Part shown: piece after piece, positions 1 through 9,130 of the stretch
How the letters are laid out: each line of letters opens with the position of its first letter
Numbering within the stretch: position 1 is the first letter of the stretch
Source: a virus
Taxonomy: Duplodnaviria > Caudoviricetes
Virus record (IMG/VR): IMGVR_UViG_2834917809_000007
Coordinates: 1 to 64,000 of that record
Length of the DNA: 64,000 nucleotides
Strand: one strand, 5' to 3'
Position numbers and translations under genes: made by a program
The notes under the pieces: model-generated
What the model was told of the DNA's origin: nothing
The model's input: the letters and a program-made list of their open reading frames with translations, nothing else
The model's database searches: none

Positions 1-1038
1 TTAAGTTGCTGCGACACTTTTGCGACATTTTAAAGGGTTGAGCTTTAACGCCTCCTCCAGGTGGTTCGGAGCAAAATGGGCATAACGCATGGTCATTTTT
101 ATGTCGGTGTGACCAAGGATTTTTTGCAGAACCAGTATGTTTCCCCCGTTCATCATAAAATGAGATGCAAAAGTGTGTCGGAGTACGTGCGTCAGCTGCC
201 CGGCCGGTAATTCAATTCCTGCCCTTTCGAGTGCCGATCTGAAAGCGTAATAACATGGGCTAAAAAGAGCGCCGTTTTTCTTTGGTAGTTCTGCAATGAG
301 TTCTGAATCTAGCGGGATGGTGCGGTTGCGCTTCCCTTTCGTTTTTATAAAGGTGATCTTACCTGCCGTGATCTGGCTGCGTTTGAGCTTTTCAGCTTCT
401 CCCCAGCGTGCGCCAGTAGATAGACAAACCCGCACTATCATTTCCAGGTCTTTTGCGGAACTACTGCGACATTCTTCTAAAAGCTTATCGATCTGCTCAC
501 CAGTCAGATAAGCCATCTCGCTTTCTTCGGTTCTGAACTGACGAACGTTTTCTAATGGGTTCGGTGCATCCCATTCACCAAGCCGCTTCAATTCATTAAA
601 AACCGCGAGAAAATAAGCGTGCTCAAGGTTCATGGTGCGGGGTGAAACCTTTGTGACGCGCTTAGTTCGGGCAAAATGACCATCCAGCCTTTTAGCCCTG
701 TAAGCTGTGAAAAGTTGGGCTGTAAATTCTGTTGCCAGGGGCGAACCCATGCACTCATTAGCCCAGAGCATGGTGCTTTTGCGCCTCTCTCCATCACGTA
801 AAGTTATCCCGTGACGTTCAAACCAGAGATGGATTAGATCCGAAAGGCGACGTTTGTCTTTACCTTGCCCAAGCCAGGGGGCGTCCTCCACTTTTTGAAG
901 GGTGTAGTTTTCAAACGCCAGCGCCTCGCCTTTGGTGGCGAATTTTTTGCGTACTCGTTTACCTTGTTTGCCATCGCTGCGGTTAACTGTGTAAAAATCA
1001 GCAATCCATTGGCCATTGGTTAGTTTTTTTACGGTCAT
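1..1038 (-). CDS. int: Tyrosine integrase (P2/HP1/186 family)
   Basis: TGARWGE and HVLRHTFASHF...LGHTDIKMTMRYAH catalytic motifs. Confidence 0.97.
   Translation of the reverse strand: MTVKKLTNGQWIADFYTVNRSDGKQGKRVRKKFATKGEALAFENYTLQKVEDAPWLGQGKDKRRLSDLIHLWFERHGITLRDGERRKSTMLWANECMGSPLATEFTAQLFTAYRAKRLDGHFARTKRVTKVSPRTMNLEHAYFLAVFNELKRLGEWDAPNPLENVRQFRTEESEMAYLTGEQIDKLLEECRSSSAKDLEMIVRVCLSTGARWGEAEKLKRSQITAGKITFIKTKGKRNRTIPLDSELIAELPKKNGALFSPCYYAFRSALERAGIELPAGQLTHVLRHTFASHFMMNGGNILVLQKILGHTDIKMTMRYAHFAPNHLEEALKLNPLKCRKSVAAT
9..27. repeat. Integrase arm-type site (tandem TGCGACA), identical copy at 30086-30104
   Basis: CTGCGACACTTTTGCGACA present inside both ends of prophage 1. Confidence 0.8.
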
Positions 1039-1538
1039 TGGCTTTCAGTAAAATCACCAGTATCAAGGAACTGCGAGAATTGTTCGGCGTTGAGAATGAT
1101 AATGCCCATTCCGCGTGCAGTTGCCATTTTTTTCGAACTGGCGTTATAGCCGTAGCAAAGGAGTTTCAGCCCTTTTGTTACTGATTTTCTGACTACCATT
1201 CCCGCTTTATTGGCTAAATCTTCAAGATTCGTTTTTTCGTCTTTCTTAAAGCCAGTGAAGTGAACATCGAAGGTTTCTGGTTTCGGTGCGCGAATTTCAA
1301 GTAAACCAGTATCAATCCCTTTGGAAACAAAGAGTTCTCCTTCTTCAAGTGAACCGCATTCAGAAAGTATGCGTGATTTCAGGAACGTTTTAAGTTTTCC
1401 TTCCTCTCCGGCCTTAAGACTCTCCCCTTGCAAATATTCTTCATTTTGCGAAATATTATTAATGATTTGAACGTTAACAATATTCTTACTATTGACATAA
1501 ACGAATATTAATATTTCTTCCATATTTAAATCATCCAT
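1035..1538 (-). CDS. WYL-like N-terminal domain + BRCT domain protein
   Basis: C-terminal HFTGF...LEDLA...VRKSVTKGLKLLCYG...KK..AR..GI.IL.AEQF is BRCT-like; N-terminal FVYVNSK...YLQG...KTFLKSRI is WYL-like; overlaps cI stop and int start. Confidence 0.65.
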   Translation of the reverse strand: MDDLNMEEILIFVYVNSKNIVNVQIINNISQNEEYLQGESLKAGEEGKLKTFLKSRILSECGSLEEGELFVSKGIDTGLLEIRAPKPETFDVHFTGFKKDEKTNLEDLANKAGMVVRKSVTKGLKLLCYGYNASSKKMATARGMGIIILNAEQFSQFLDTGDFTESQ

Positions 1539-2127
1539 TGATAATAGTTAAAACTACTCGCCCAATAATTTTTATATCGTCAATTGAGCAATCAAATGCC
1601 ATACCAATACCGCTAACTCTTATCTTTTTAATTGGAATTCGAGTAAGGGTTCTAATGCTGGTTTTTCCTTCAATTTCAACTAACCACTGATTGTCGTAGA
1701 CCTCTGTGAATGAGGTATCAACGATAAACTGATTGCTACCTTCTAAGACGCATATCGGAGATGTGGGCAATGGGCTGCCTGGCAAAAAAGTAACTTTGTC
1801 CATCATGAGAGTGCCAGCTTCATAAAGCTGACCATCAAGGATTTTTTTGCGCGGCATTTTTAGAATATCGACTTTCTCATCATCAAACTTCCTACCCTCA
1901 CCAGTTGCTATCCATTCAAGATTTGCACCTGTTTCTGCCACACATCTAATAGCGATATCTGAAGGAAAACCACCGCGTTTATAGCGGGAGGAAAGGCTAC
2001 TTGCTGCGATATCAAGATGTTGGGCGAGCATTAGCTTGGATGTGAACCCATAGGCCTCTATCACGCGATCCAGAACCGGCGCGCTATCGACATCAAAATC
2101 AAGTTTGAAAGTTGCCATGCTAATCAC
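1531..2127 (-). CDS. cI: CI immunity repressor (186/HP1 type)
   Basis: AYGFTSKLMLAQHL...GANLEWIATG HTH plus 186-type C-terminal domain; divergent from cox; start could be 2118. Confidence 0.92.
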   Translation of the reverse strand: MISMATFKLDFDVDSAPVLDRVIEAYGFTSKLMLAQHLDIAASSLSSRYKRGGFPSDIAIRCVAETGANLEWIATGEGRKFDDEKVDILKMPRKKILDGQLYEAGTLMMDKVTFLPGSPLPTSPICVLEGSNQFIVDTSFTEVYDNQWLVEIEGKTSIRTLTRIPIKKIRVSGIGMAFDCSIDDIKIIGRVVLTIING

Positions 2128-2257
2128 AAGATAATGCGCACATTTCTAATGTCAGTAATTGACACTTTGCATAATGCGAATTAATCAAGCTCCGTTGTTT
2201 GAATATTGCCTTATAAAGACCGATATTGGCGTATCGGCTAAAACAGGAGTTTGCCTT

Positions 2258-2479
2258 ATGCGACCTAACATTACAATCGTGATCCCAGAGCCATACCTCC
2301 CACTTGATGAGTATTGCCGTCGAACTGGCATGTCAAAAAGTACAGCTAATAATCTGATTTCATACGGAAAGCTCCCGATTAAGCCTAAAGGGGCGCAAAA
2401 AAAAGGTTTGGTTGAAGTGAACATGGCTGCTTTAACCGTGATGGCATTAAGCGAATGCAATATTTCGGTTAATGCGTAA
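2258..2479 (+). CDS. Apl/Cox-like excisionase and lytic repressor
   Basis: EPYLPLDEYCRRTG...G.LPI..K...LVEVNM; GGAG RBS before ATG 2258; homologous to 49876-50112. Confidence 0.88.
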   Translation: MRPNITIVIPEPYLPLDEYCRRTGMSKSTANNLISYGKLPIKPKGAQKKGLVEVNMAALTVMALSECNISVNA

Positions 2480-2509
2480 TCCAGGCTAGCAATTAGGAAT
2501 CCGCGAATC

Positions 2510-3013
2510 ATGTACGATTACAAGGTATCTATACACAATCACCTTGATAGCGCTTGCCGGGCTTTCGCTCAGTCTCATAACCTTGAGCAGCTGGCTAAAT
2601 CGGTAGGGATGCGCCCGGCAACCCTGCGTTGCAAGATGAATCCGGATCAGCCGCACCAGTTGACCCTTATCGAACTTATCGCCATCACAGATGCAACAGA
2701 AGACCCGCGCATTCTTGATGGCATGCTGCGCCAGCTGCACTGTCAGCCCTCCGTCCCGGTTAACAACGCCACTATGGGGAACATGCAATTTTGTGCGCTC
2801 ACTGCTGCTGCCAGCGTGGGCGCAATTGCCGGGGAAGCGGTTTCCACAGAACAGATGACCCAGGCGCGCCGAAACCAGATTCTTGATCGCGCCAGTGATG
2901 CCATTCGCAGCCTCTCCCTGATCGTCTATTCCGTTGAGGCTCGTTTTCAGTCTGCCCCTGTCTTTGCTGCTGCCGTGGATATCGTCACGACAAACGCAAC
3001 AGGGTTGATGTGA
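2510..3013 (+). CDS. cII: CII regulatory protein
   Basis: MYDYKVS.H.H.D.ACRAFA...LR.K.NPDQPHQLT motif; position after apl. Confidence 0.9.
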   Translation: MYDYKVSIHNHLDSACRAFAQSHNLEQLAKSVGMRPATLRCKMNPDQPHQLTLIELIAITDATEDPRILDGMLRQLHCQPSVPVNNATMGNMQFCALTAAASVGAIAGEAVSTEQMTQARRNQILDRASDAIRSLSLIVYSVEARFQSAPVFAAAVDIVTTNATGLM

Positions 3014-3016
3014 GGG

Positions 3017-3220
3017 ATGTCAATGAAAGCTTTCGTTACGTATCTGAAAGAACAATCACCGGCCATGCAGCTGGCCAGCGGGACTACTGGCTGGATTGAG
3101 TTACCAAACGGTCAACGCTGGAACCCTGGACACCAGTACAAATTCAATGGTCGCTTGCCTCGCCGCCCGTGGTGGAAGCGTCTTAGCCACCGTCTGACTG
3201 GGGGAAGTTATGGCCATTAA
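3017..3220 (+). CDS. Small early protein (DUF2724-like)
   Basis: QSPAMQL..GWI...NG.RW.P shared with 50664-50888; start may be 3023. Confidence 0.65.
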   Translation: MSMKAFVTYLKEQSPAMQLASGTTGWIELPNGQRWNPGHQYKFNGRLPRRPWWKRLSHRLTGGSYGH

Positions 3221-3638
3221 TACCGAGCAGCAAAAACGCGGGCTGGAGCAGTTGAGAAATATCCGCCGCAAATATTTCAGTAGCAGCAGTGAGGCTGCTG
3301 ATTGGTGGGACAAGCTGAACCCGGAATGGCGCGGCGTTGTTTTGCATGCGGCTGCAGTCGCTTCCGGTTTGGACGTTTTTAAAGCCCACTTGTGTAAGTG
3401 CAGCTGGCGGGAATTGTTCGAACGCCTCGACTACCGGGCAATGATCCAGTTGCGTCAGGGTATTTCCAGAGCGCGAATGACGTTTGAGGGTTTCGGCAGT
3501 TTGCGTGACAGCGATTTTTCATCACGAACAGCAAGCCGGCCAATCAAAAAAGCCCGTCCTGTCAGCAGTGGAAACGGGGTTCAGATGATTATCGCACCAC
3601 ACATCGTTCAGAAGATGCAGCAGCAGGGGAATCACTAA
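3210..3638 (+). CDS. Hypothetical early phage protein (P2 gpB-position)
   Basis: Overlaps upstream gene with RBS; early operon position. Confidence 0.65.
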   Translation: MAINTEQQKRGLEQLRNIRRKYFSSSSEAADWWDKLNPEWRGVVLHAAAVASGLDVFKAHLCKCSWRELFERLDYRAMIQLRQGISRARMTFEGFGSLRDSDFSSRTASRPIKKARPVSSGNGVQMIIAPHIVQKMQQQGNH

Positions 3639-4039
3639 TGCCAGTAATTTCAGTAGATAGCGGGATTTTTAACAAGGAGCTGAATGCCTGGGGAGTTCCG
3701 CATAATTACACCCAGCTTTTTTTATCTAAAAGCGTTGTTAAACATGGTCGTGTCGCACTACATCCGTTTTTCTTTAACGACACTGAGCACTTGACCATCC
3801 AGCGTCACTGGCTCGCTATCAATGCCGCGTTCTGGTGCAGCGTTTACCGTGAAGCCGAAAGCCAATATGCCCAGGTGGAGGCGTTAGCCAGTATCCGATC
3901 CGTTTTTTACATGGCGGGTGCTTTGGGAGTTGGTGAAGTTAAGGCGCTTATCCAGGAATGGTGGCGCAAAACCTACGAGCTGCATCATATTCCTGCGCCG
4001 AGCTATTCAGCCGCGCCCGTTACCGTTTCTTACCACTAA
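3638..4039 (+). CDS. Hypothetical early phage protein
   Basis: TAATG coupling to upstream ORF. Confidence 0.65.
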   Translation: MPVISVDSGIFNKELNAWGVPHNYTQLFLSKSVVKHGRVALHPFFFNDTEHLTIQRHWLAINAAFWCSVYREAESQYAQVEALASIRSVFYMAGALGVGEVKALIQEWWRKTYELHHIPAPSYSAAPVTVSYH

Positions 4040-4106
4040 ATAAACCTCTGAATTTTTTGGCCACCTTACCAGTGGCCGGGGATTCTTTTGCTCTAAGGAA
4101 ACCAAA

Positions 4107-4340
4107 ATGCACATGACACGTAATGATTCACCCGTAGCAAAGAGCAGTTCTGACCTGCTTTCCATGCTGGCAAAAGCCACGAAAGAAGGTAAGGCCGCAG
4201 CTGCTGATCTGTGTTCGACGCGTCTGGATAAGTTGGCCACACATGCCGCCAACGAAGGTTTGAGCGCGGCGGAGATTGTTGAGTTGTTGCGTGAAGAGGC
4301 CGCGGCCATTTGCAGCAAGGGTGGTGCAGCATGGCAGTAA
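4107..4340 (+). CDS. DUF2732-family protein
   Basis: RLDKLA......[14 protein letters not shown]; homologue at 51148-51381. Confidence 0.8.
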   Translation: MHMTRNDSPVAKSSSDLLSMLAKATKEGKAAAADLCSTRLDKLATHAANEGLSAAEIVELLREEAAAICSKGGAAWQ

Positions 4341-4639
4341 AAATTCATAGCCTAAAAATTGCGCCACAGTATATGGATGCCGTAGTTGCTGGCCAGAAAA
4401 AGGCGGAGCTACGTCGTAGTGATCGCGATTATAAAGTTGGCGATTTATTGGCGCTGTGTGAGTGGAAGCACGGGAAATATACAGGTCGAGAATGGGCGTC
4501 TGTAATCACCCATATTTTACCTGCTGGGGATGTCATTGCCGGGGCCGAGGGCTGGTCAGTCTTATCCATTCGATCCCTTTCGCCTACTGATGCGCTCGTT
4601 TATATCTTTGATCAGGGTGGGGTGGACTATGTCCGTTAA
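4331..4639 (+). CDS. ASCH/DUF3850-family protein
   Basis: [31 protein letters not shown] motif. Confidence 0.85.
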   Translation: MAVKIHSLKIAPQYMDAVVAGQKKAELRRSDRDYKVGDLLALCEWKHGKYTGREWASVITHILPAGDVIAGAEGWSVLSIRSLSPTDALVYIFDQGGVDYVR

Positions 4640-5486
4640 AACCCCTCTCAAATGGGTTGGCAGCAAAGTTCGCCTCATGCCGCAGCTGCGTCACCACCTC
4701 CCGGAAGGTAAGCGCTTGGTTGAACCATTCGCCGGTTCTTGCGCCGTCATGATGAACACGGACTATGACGAATATCTGATCGCTGATGTGAACCCGGATT
4801 TAGTCAACCTGTATAAGGTTATGGCTTTCGACACTGACGCGTTTCTTAGCGAGCTGGAGATCCTGTTTTCTGCCGGGGCGCTGGGTGATACAGAGAATCG
4901 TGCTGTTTATTACTACGCGGTTCGGGACGCTTTCAATATGTCTGGCCGGGCTTTTGGTGACGAAAGAGTGGAGGCTGCGGCGCGTTTCATGTTCCTGAAC
5001 CGCCACTGCTTCAATGGCCTGTGTCGTTACAATCGCCGCGGTCAGTTCAACGTGCCGTTTGGTAAGTACAAAAAGCCCTATTTCCCTGCTGATGAAGTGC
5101 GCGCGTTCGCTGAAAAGGCAAAGCGTGCAACGTTCGTTGCTGCTCACTATGCCGAAACGCTGGATATGGTGCGTGATGGTGATGTGGTCTATTGCGATCC
5201 CCCATACCTGACAGAGGCGGGAAATTTCACCGCTTACACTGAGGGCGGTTTTTCTCATATGGATCAGGGCAGGCTGGCGCGCAAGCTGCGTCGCCTGGCG
5301 CGGAAGGGTATCAGTGTCGTGGCATCCAACAGCGATGTGGAGACTGTGCATTATCTCTATGCCGGTTTTGAGGTTGTTCGCGTTAATGCCCCTCGCAGTG
5401 TTGGTGCAGCAGCTGCAAGCCAGAAAGTCGCGCCAGAGCTGATCCTCAAGTCACCGCTTGATTCTATTGCGAAGGCTTGCGCGTGA
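4629..5486 (+). CDS. dam: Dam-family DNA adenine methyltransferase
   Basis: [14 protein letters not shown] (motif I), YCDPPY (motif IV). Confidence 0.93.
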   Translation: MSVKTPLKWVGSKVRLMPQLRHHLPEGKRLVEPFAGSCAVMMNTDYDEYLIADVNPDLVNLYKVMAFDTDAFLSELEILFSAGALGDTENRAVYYYAVRDAFNMSGRAFGDERVEAAARFMFLNRHCFNGLCRYNRRGQFNVPFGKYKKPYFPADEVRAFAEKAKRATFVAAHYAETLDMVRDGDVVYCDPPYLTEAGNFTAYTEGGFSHMDQGRLARKLRRLARKGISVVASNSDVETVHYLYAGFEVVRVNAPRSVGAAAASQKVAPELILKSPLDSIAKACA

Positions 5487-7498
5487 CGCTGGCAGTTAAT
5501 GGGCAACACCACGCCGTCGATGCCTGGCGGCGTGAAACCTTTGCGCCAGGCACGCCAGCGGATGCGACAATAACAGAACGTCGTCTGTGGGCTGTTAACC
5601 CTCATGATTACGATTTCCGGTCACAATACCTTCACGAAATACCCGACTGGCTGGCCGGGTATTTTGGCAACCGTTACGAAAAAATCTTTAATGGAAAAGA
5701 CGGCCGTCGCCGTGCCAATGCGTTTCTGCGCCGTACTATCGGACAGAACGTATTGCCACGCCTGCGGAAAGTTACCGCCAGGTACGCACTGGCCGGTGAT
5801 GCTCTCGATCTCCCCTTCGGAAAATCATTGTCACGTCTGCCGTCCCTTGACCGCCCGGAGCTGAAAAAGCTGGCCGGGCGTGTTTCTTCCTGGTTGTCTC
5901 AAGCATTCTGCGACTTTAGCGAAACGCTCGACGGTGCCACAAAGGATGATGTTGAGGTTGCGCGGCGTGTTGGCCGGGCGTTCGTTCACTTGGGCGAACT
6001 GGTGCAGACGATTAATTTCACCGCCCCTTATTGGGGATCATTCAAAGCCGATAAGCTGACAGAGCGCCAGGCTTATTCCGGCATCCTTCGAATGATGGCA
6101 CCAGAGTGGTGGTATCTGCGCCTCAAGCGCGCCCGTGATCTGCAGCGCGAACATCTGGCCATTGCCGTAGGGCAGGTACAGAAAACGGCAAGTGCGTATG
6201 TTTCACGTAAGACCCTGGGCGAATGGATAGACCAGAAAAAGCGTAATACAGAGTTCTTCAAAAAGTTCGACCTGATAAATGAGGAAGGGGATCGTGTTTC
6301 GCTCGCAGATATGGTTTACGGCAGCGTGGCCAATCCGGCCATTCGTCGCTGTGAACTGATGGTGCGGATGCGCGGCTTTGAAGATATCGCCAACGAGCAG
6401 GGGCTTGCCGGGGAGTTTTACACCATCACTGCGCCGTCCCGTTACCACGCGGTACACAGCAAGGGTGGCTTTGTCGGTCAGTGGAACGGCTGTAATCCGC
6501 AGGATACCCAGAAATATTTATGCGGGGTCTGGGCTAAATGCCGGGCAGCGATCTCCCGTGCTGGTATTCACGTTTTTGGTTTCCGGGTGGTAGAGCCTCA
6601 CCACGATGGAACACCACACTGGCACATGCTGCTGTTCATGCGCCCGCAGGACGTCGATGCCGTGCGCGATATTCTTTGCTATCACGCCCGTGCAGCTGAC
6701 TCCGAAGAACTGCAATCACTCAACGCGCTAAAGGCGCGTTTTCACGTTGAGCCTATCGATCCAGAGAAAGGCAGCGCCACGGGCTACATCGCCAAATACA
6801 TCAGCAAAAACATCGACGGTTTTGCGCTGGACGGCGAGCAGGATGAAGAAACCGGGGAGAGCCTGCGTGATATGGCTAAATCCGTTTCTGCGTGGGCGTC
6901 CCGCTGGCGTATCCGTCAGTTTCAGCAAATTGGTGGTGCCCCGGTGACTGTATGGCGTGAACTGCGCCGCCTGGGCGATCAGCGCCTGACTGACAGCCGG
7001 ATGGATGCCGTACTCGCTGCCGCTGATGTGGGTGACTGGGCTGCGTATACCCAGTTGCAGGGTGGTGCGCTGGTTGCCCGTCGTGATCTGGTTGTTCGCC
7101 TGGCATATGAGATCACCGAGCAGGGCAACGAGTACGGGGAAGATGTGCAGCGCGTCCAGGGTATCTATTCGCCTTTGATCCCTGAGTCTGAGGTGTGCAC
7201 GCGTCTGGTGAAGTGGCAGAAGGTTGCGAAGTTGGCCGAAGCGCCAGCGGAGGCTGGTTTTTCTGGCGGCAACGCCGCCCCTTGGAGTTCTGTCAATAAC
7301 TGTACGGAGGGTGGAACCCGGAGGCGATTAAAGCTGGAACTGAATCAGCGGGGTTTCGCTGGAAGTGATGAGGAAGTGGACATTCTGCTGCGCGGTAGTG
7401 GGTTAATTTTTGGTGCAACAGCACTGATTTACCGACACGGAAGGTTGCAGGAGAAGCGAAGTAAGCCAGAGGAAGAAATGTGGCCGGGCTGGGGTTAG
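5483..7498 (+). CDS. Rolling-circle replication initiator A
   Basis: EPHHDGTPHWH (HUH) and YIAKYISKNIDG (two Tyr); GTGA overlap with dam stop. Confidence 0.96.
   Translation: MTLAVNGQHHAVDAWRRETFAPGTPADATITERRLWAVNPHDYDFRSQYLHEIPDWLAGYFGNRYEKIFNGKDGRRRANAFLRRTIGQNVLPRLRKVTARYALAGDALDLPFGKSLSRLPSLDRPELKKLAGRVSSWLSQAFCDFSETLDGATKDDVEVARRVGRAFVHLGELVQTINFTAPYWGSFKADKLTERQAYSGILRMMAPEWWYLRLKRARDLQREHLAIAVGQVQKTASAYVSRKTLGEWIDQKKRNTEFFKKFDLINEEGDRVSLADMVYGSVANPAIRRCELMVRMRGFEDIANEQGLAGEFYTITAPSRYHAVHSKGGFVGQWNGCNPQDTQKYLCGVWAKCRAAISRAGIHVFGFRVVEPHHDGTPHWHMLLFMRPQDVDAVRDILCYHARAADSEELQSLNALKARFHVEPIDPEKGSATGYIAKYISKNIDGFALDGEQDEETGESLRDMAKSVSAWASRWRIRQFQQIGGAPVTVWRELRRLGDQRLTDSRMDAVLAAADVGDWAAYTQLQGGALVARRDLVVRLAYEITEQGNEYGEDVQRVQGIYSPLIPESEVCTRLVKWQKVAKLAEAPAEAGFSGGNAAPWSSVNNCTEGGTRRRLKLELNQRGFAGSDEEVDILLRGSGLIFGATALIYRHGRLQEKRSKPEEEMWPGWG
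7274..7306 (+). other. P2-type replication origin within gene A
   Basis: GCCGCCCCTTGGAGTTCTGTCAATAACTGTACG resembles the P2 ori; 32/33 identical to 54536-54568. Confidence 0.8.
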
Positions 7499-7578
7499 AA
7501 ATTGTAAGTCGTTGGTTAATAAAATTTAACTTTACAACGTGCCTAAAATTTTATTCACAAAAGATGCTTTAGAGTGTA

Positions 7579-7594
7579 CTGTATGTTTATACAG
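7579..7594. promoter_or_regulatory. LexA (SOS) box
   Basis: CTGT-ATGTTTAT-ACAG, 22 bp upstream of Tum-like ATG. Confidence 0.85.
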
Positions 7595-7616
7595 TTATTT
7601 CTACAGGGGTAAGCTG

Positions 7617-7805
7617 ATGGAGCTGGTAGAAGTTGCAGCACGTGCCGAATTTATAGAGTTATTATCGAAGGTTGCATTGATTGAGAATGTGACTCGTCGG
7701 GAGCAGCAAATTGCGTTGGTATTGATCGGTGAATGGGCTGGAGAAATTAGCAAAGAAATAAAAAAGCCCCACGTTGGGGGCTCAGTTGGAAGCGGTTTTC
7801 AGTAG
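7617..7805 (+). CDS. Tum-like SOS antirepressor
   Basis: E.I.L...VA.....RREQQIALVLIGEW resembles 186 Tum N-terminal half; LexA box; position after A. Confidence 0.7.
   Translation: MELVEVAARAEFIELLSKVALIENVTRREQQIALVLIGEWAGEISKEIKKPHVGGSVGSGFQ
7759..7782 (-). terminator. Rho-independent terminator after ogr
   Basis: AGCCCC/GGGGCT stem then T-run on the minus strand. Confidence 0.65.
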
Positions 7806-8048
7806 GTCCAGTGTCATTTGCTTTTGCTGTGGTGACAGTTTGCTAATCAGCTGCTGCAACATAGCATCACCCGATTTTGCGCTTGGGCTGAGCGTATGGG
7901 AGAACGTCAGGTTCATCACAAAAGTGTGGCCACACTCTACGTCAGCGCAAGCGCAATAAATATCAGCAATTTCCCTGTGTTTTCTATTCGTTTTTTTGAT
8001 TATTGCTTTAGAACCGCAGTCGGGGCATTCAATTTTCAATACGCGCAC
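7782..8048 (-). CDS. ogr: Ogr/Delta late-gene activator
   Basis: CPDCG...YCAC..VECGHTFV zinc finger; GTG start with GGAG RBS. Confidence 0.9.
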   Translation of the reverse strand: MRVLKIECPDCGSKAIIKKTNRKHREIADIYCACADVECGHTFVMNLTFSHTLSPSAKSGDAMLQQLISKLSPQQKQMTLDLLKTASN

Positions 8049-8098
8049 TTTCCATGCTCCAAACGATTTCGGATGCCTGGATTTTAAACTGTTTTTCC

Positions 8099-9130
8099 TC
8101 ATGCCGCACCGTTTCCCGTTCCGTTAGCAAAATTAAGTCGCAGATTTAGCGGGATTTCCTTATCGCTGTTGATCGCCTCCATAAAACGACGTTGCAGCGG
8201 GATAACCTCACTGCGTTTGTAAATCAGTTCGGCCTTTTCCGGGTCGCCCAGTCCTCCGGCGTTCTGCGCGATCTGCCCGGCCAGCCCGGCGGGGAAACGG
8301 TGGGCGTTGAGAATGTCCTGGGCGCTGATGTTCTTCACGCTGGCAAACTCATCCTTAGCAGAAATATCCCCCATCTGGATGAACTGCACGCCTTCTTTAT
8401 CACCGCCTGGAATGTTTACCAGGATGGTTGAGAAGTTCCCGATCCCTTTGCTGTCACGCAGCTGGCGCTCAATCTCTTCTTCCACTTCATCGGTCATGCT
8501 CGGGTCACGGGTATAGAGAATGCCGCCCGTATGTGCGCCGTTGTGGTAGTAGCGGCGGCGGAAGATGACCGCTTCGCTGTTGAGTAGTGCGGAGTGGATG
8601 CCGCCAATGTAGTCCGGTAGACCGTAGATGTGCTGCTGCGGATCGTACATCCGCATAAAAATGACGTCCTCCGGCTGATAAATCAGCGGTTCGCCCTGCT
8701 GCAGTACAGCAAATTCCCCTGTTTTGCGGCGGCGGGTATACAGACCTGGCATCGGTGCGATGGATTCAACTTCACCCCAGCCGTTGCGGATTTTCACAAA
8801 GCCAACGTCGCCAAACGTGATGAAGTCAAACACGGCAGCTTCCATTTCGTCGCGGCTAAGCCCGCCGCCCTGATAGTCGCTCATCACCAGATTCTTGCGC
8901 GCATGGATGATGCCGCCGTGCTGGCCATTCAAGTTAATCAGCTGCGCCAGCGCCAGGCGGTCAATGGGAAGCGTGTAATGGTTCGCCTCGTTGTCGTACC
9001 ACACATCGCTGTAGTCCGTGCCGGTAGTCAGTACCGGTTCAGGCTTGCCGAAGCGCAGAACGCTCATTTTTTTGGTGGGCTGCGGTGTGCTTTTGTCGTG
9101 TTGCCCGGCATATTTTTTCTTTCTGGTCAT
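8099..9130 (-). CDS. Portal protein (PBSX/P2 gpQ family)
   Basis: YGLPDY...FRRRYYHNGAH.G.I, NISAQDILNAHRFP. Confidence 0.94.
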   Translation of the reverse strand: MTRKKKYAGQHDKSTPQPTKKMSVLRFGKPEPVLTTGTDYSDVWYDNEANHYTLPIDRLALAQLINLNGQHGGIIHARKNLVMSDYQGGGLSRDEMEAAVFDFITFGDVGFVKIRNGWGEVESIAPMPGLYTRRRKTGEFAVLQQGEPLIYQPEDVIFMRMYDPQQHIYGLPDYIGGIHSALLNSEAVIFRRRYYHNGAHTGGILYTRDPSMTDEVEEEIERQLRDSKGIGNFSTILVNIPGGDKEGVQFIQMGDISAKDEFASVKNISAQDILNAHRFPAGLAGQIAQNAGGLGDPEKAELIYKRSEVIPLQRRFMEAINSDKEIPLNLRLNFANGTGNGAA

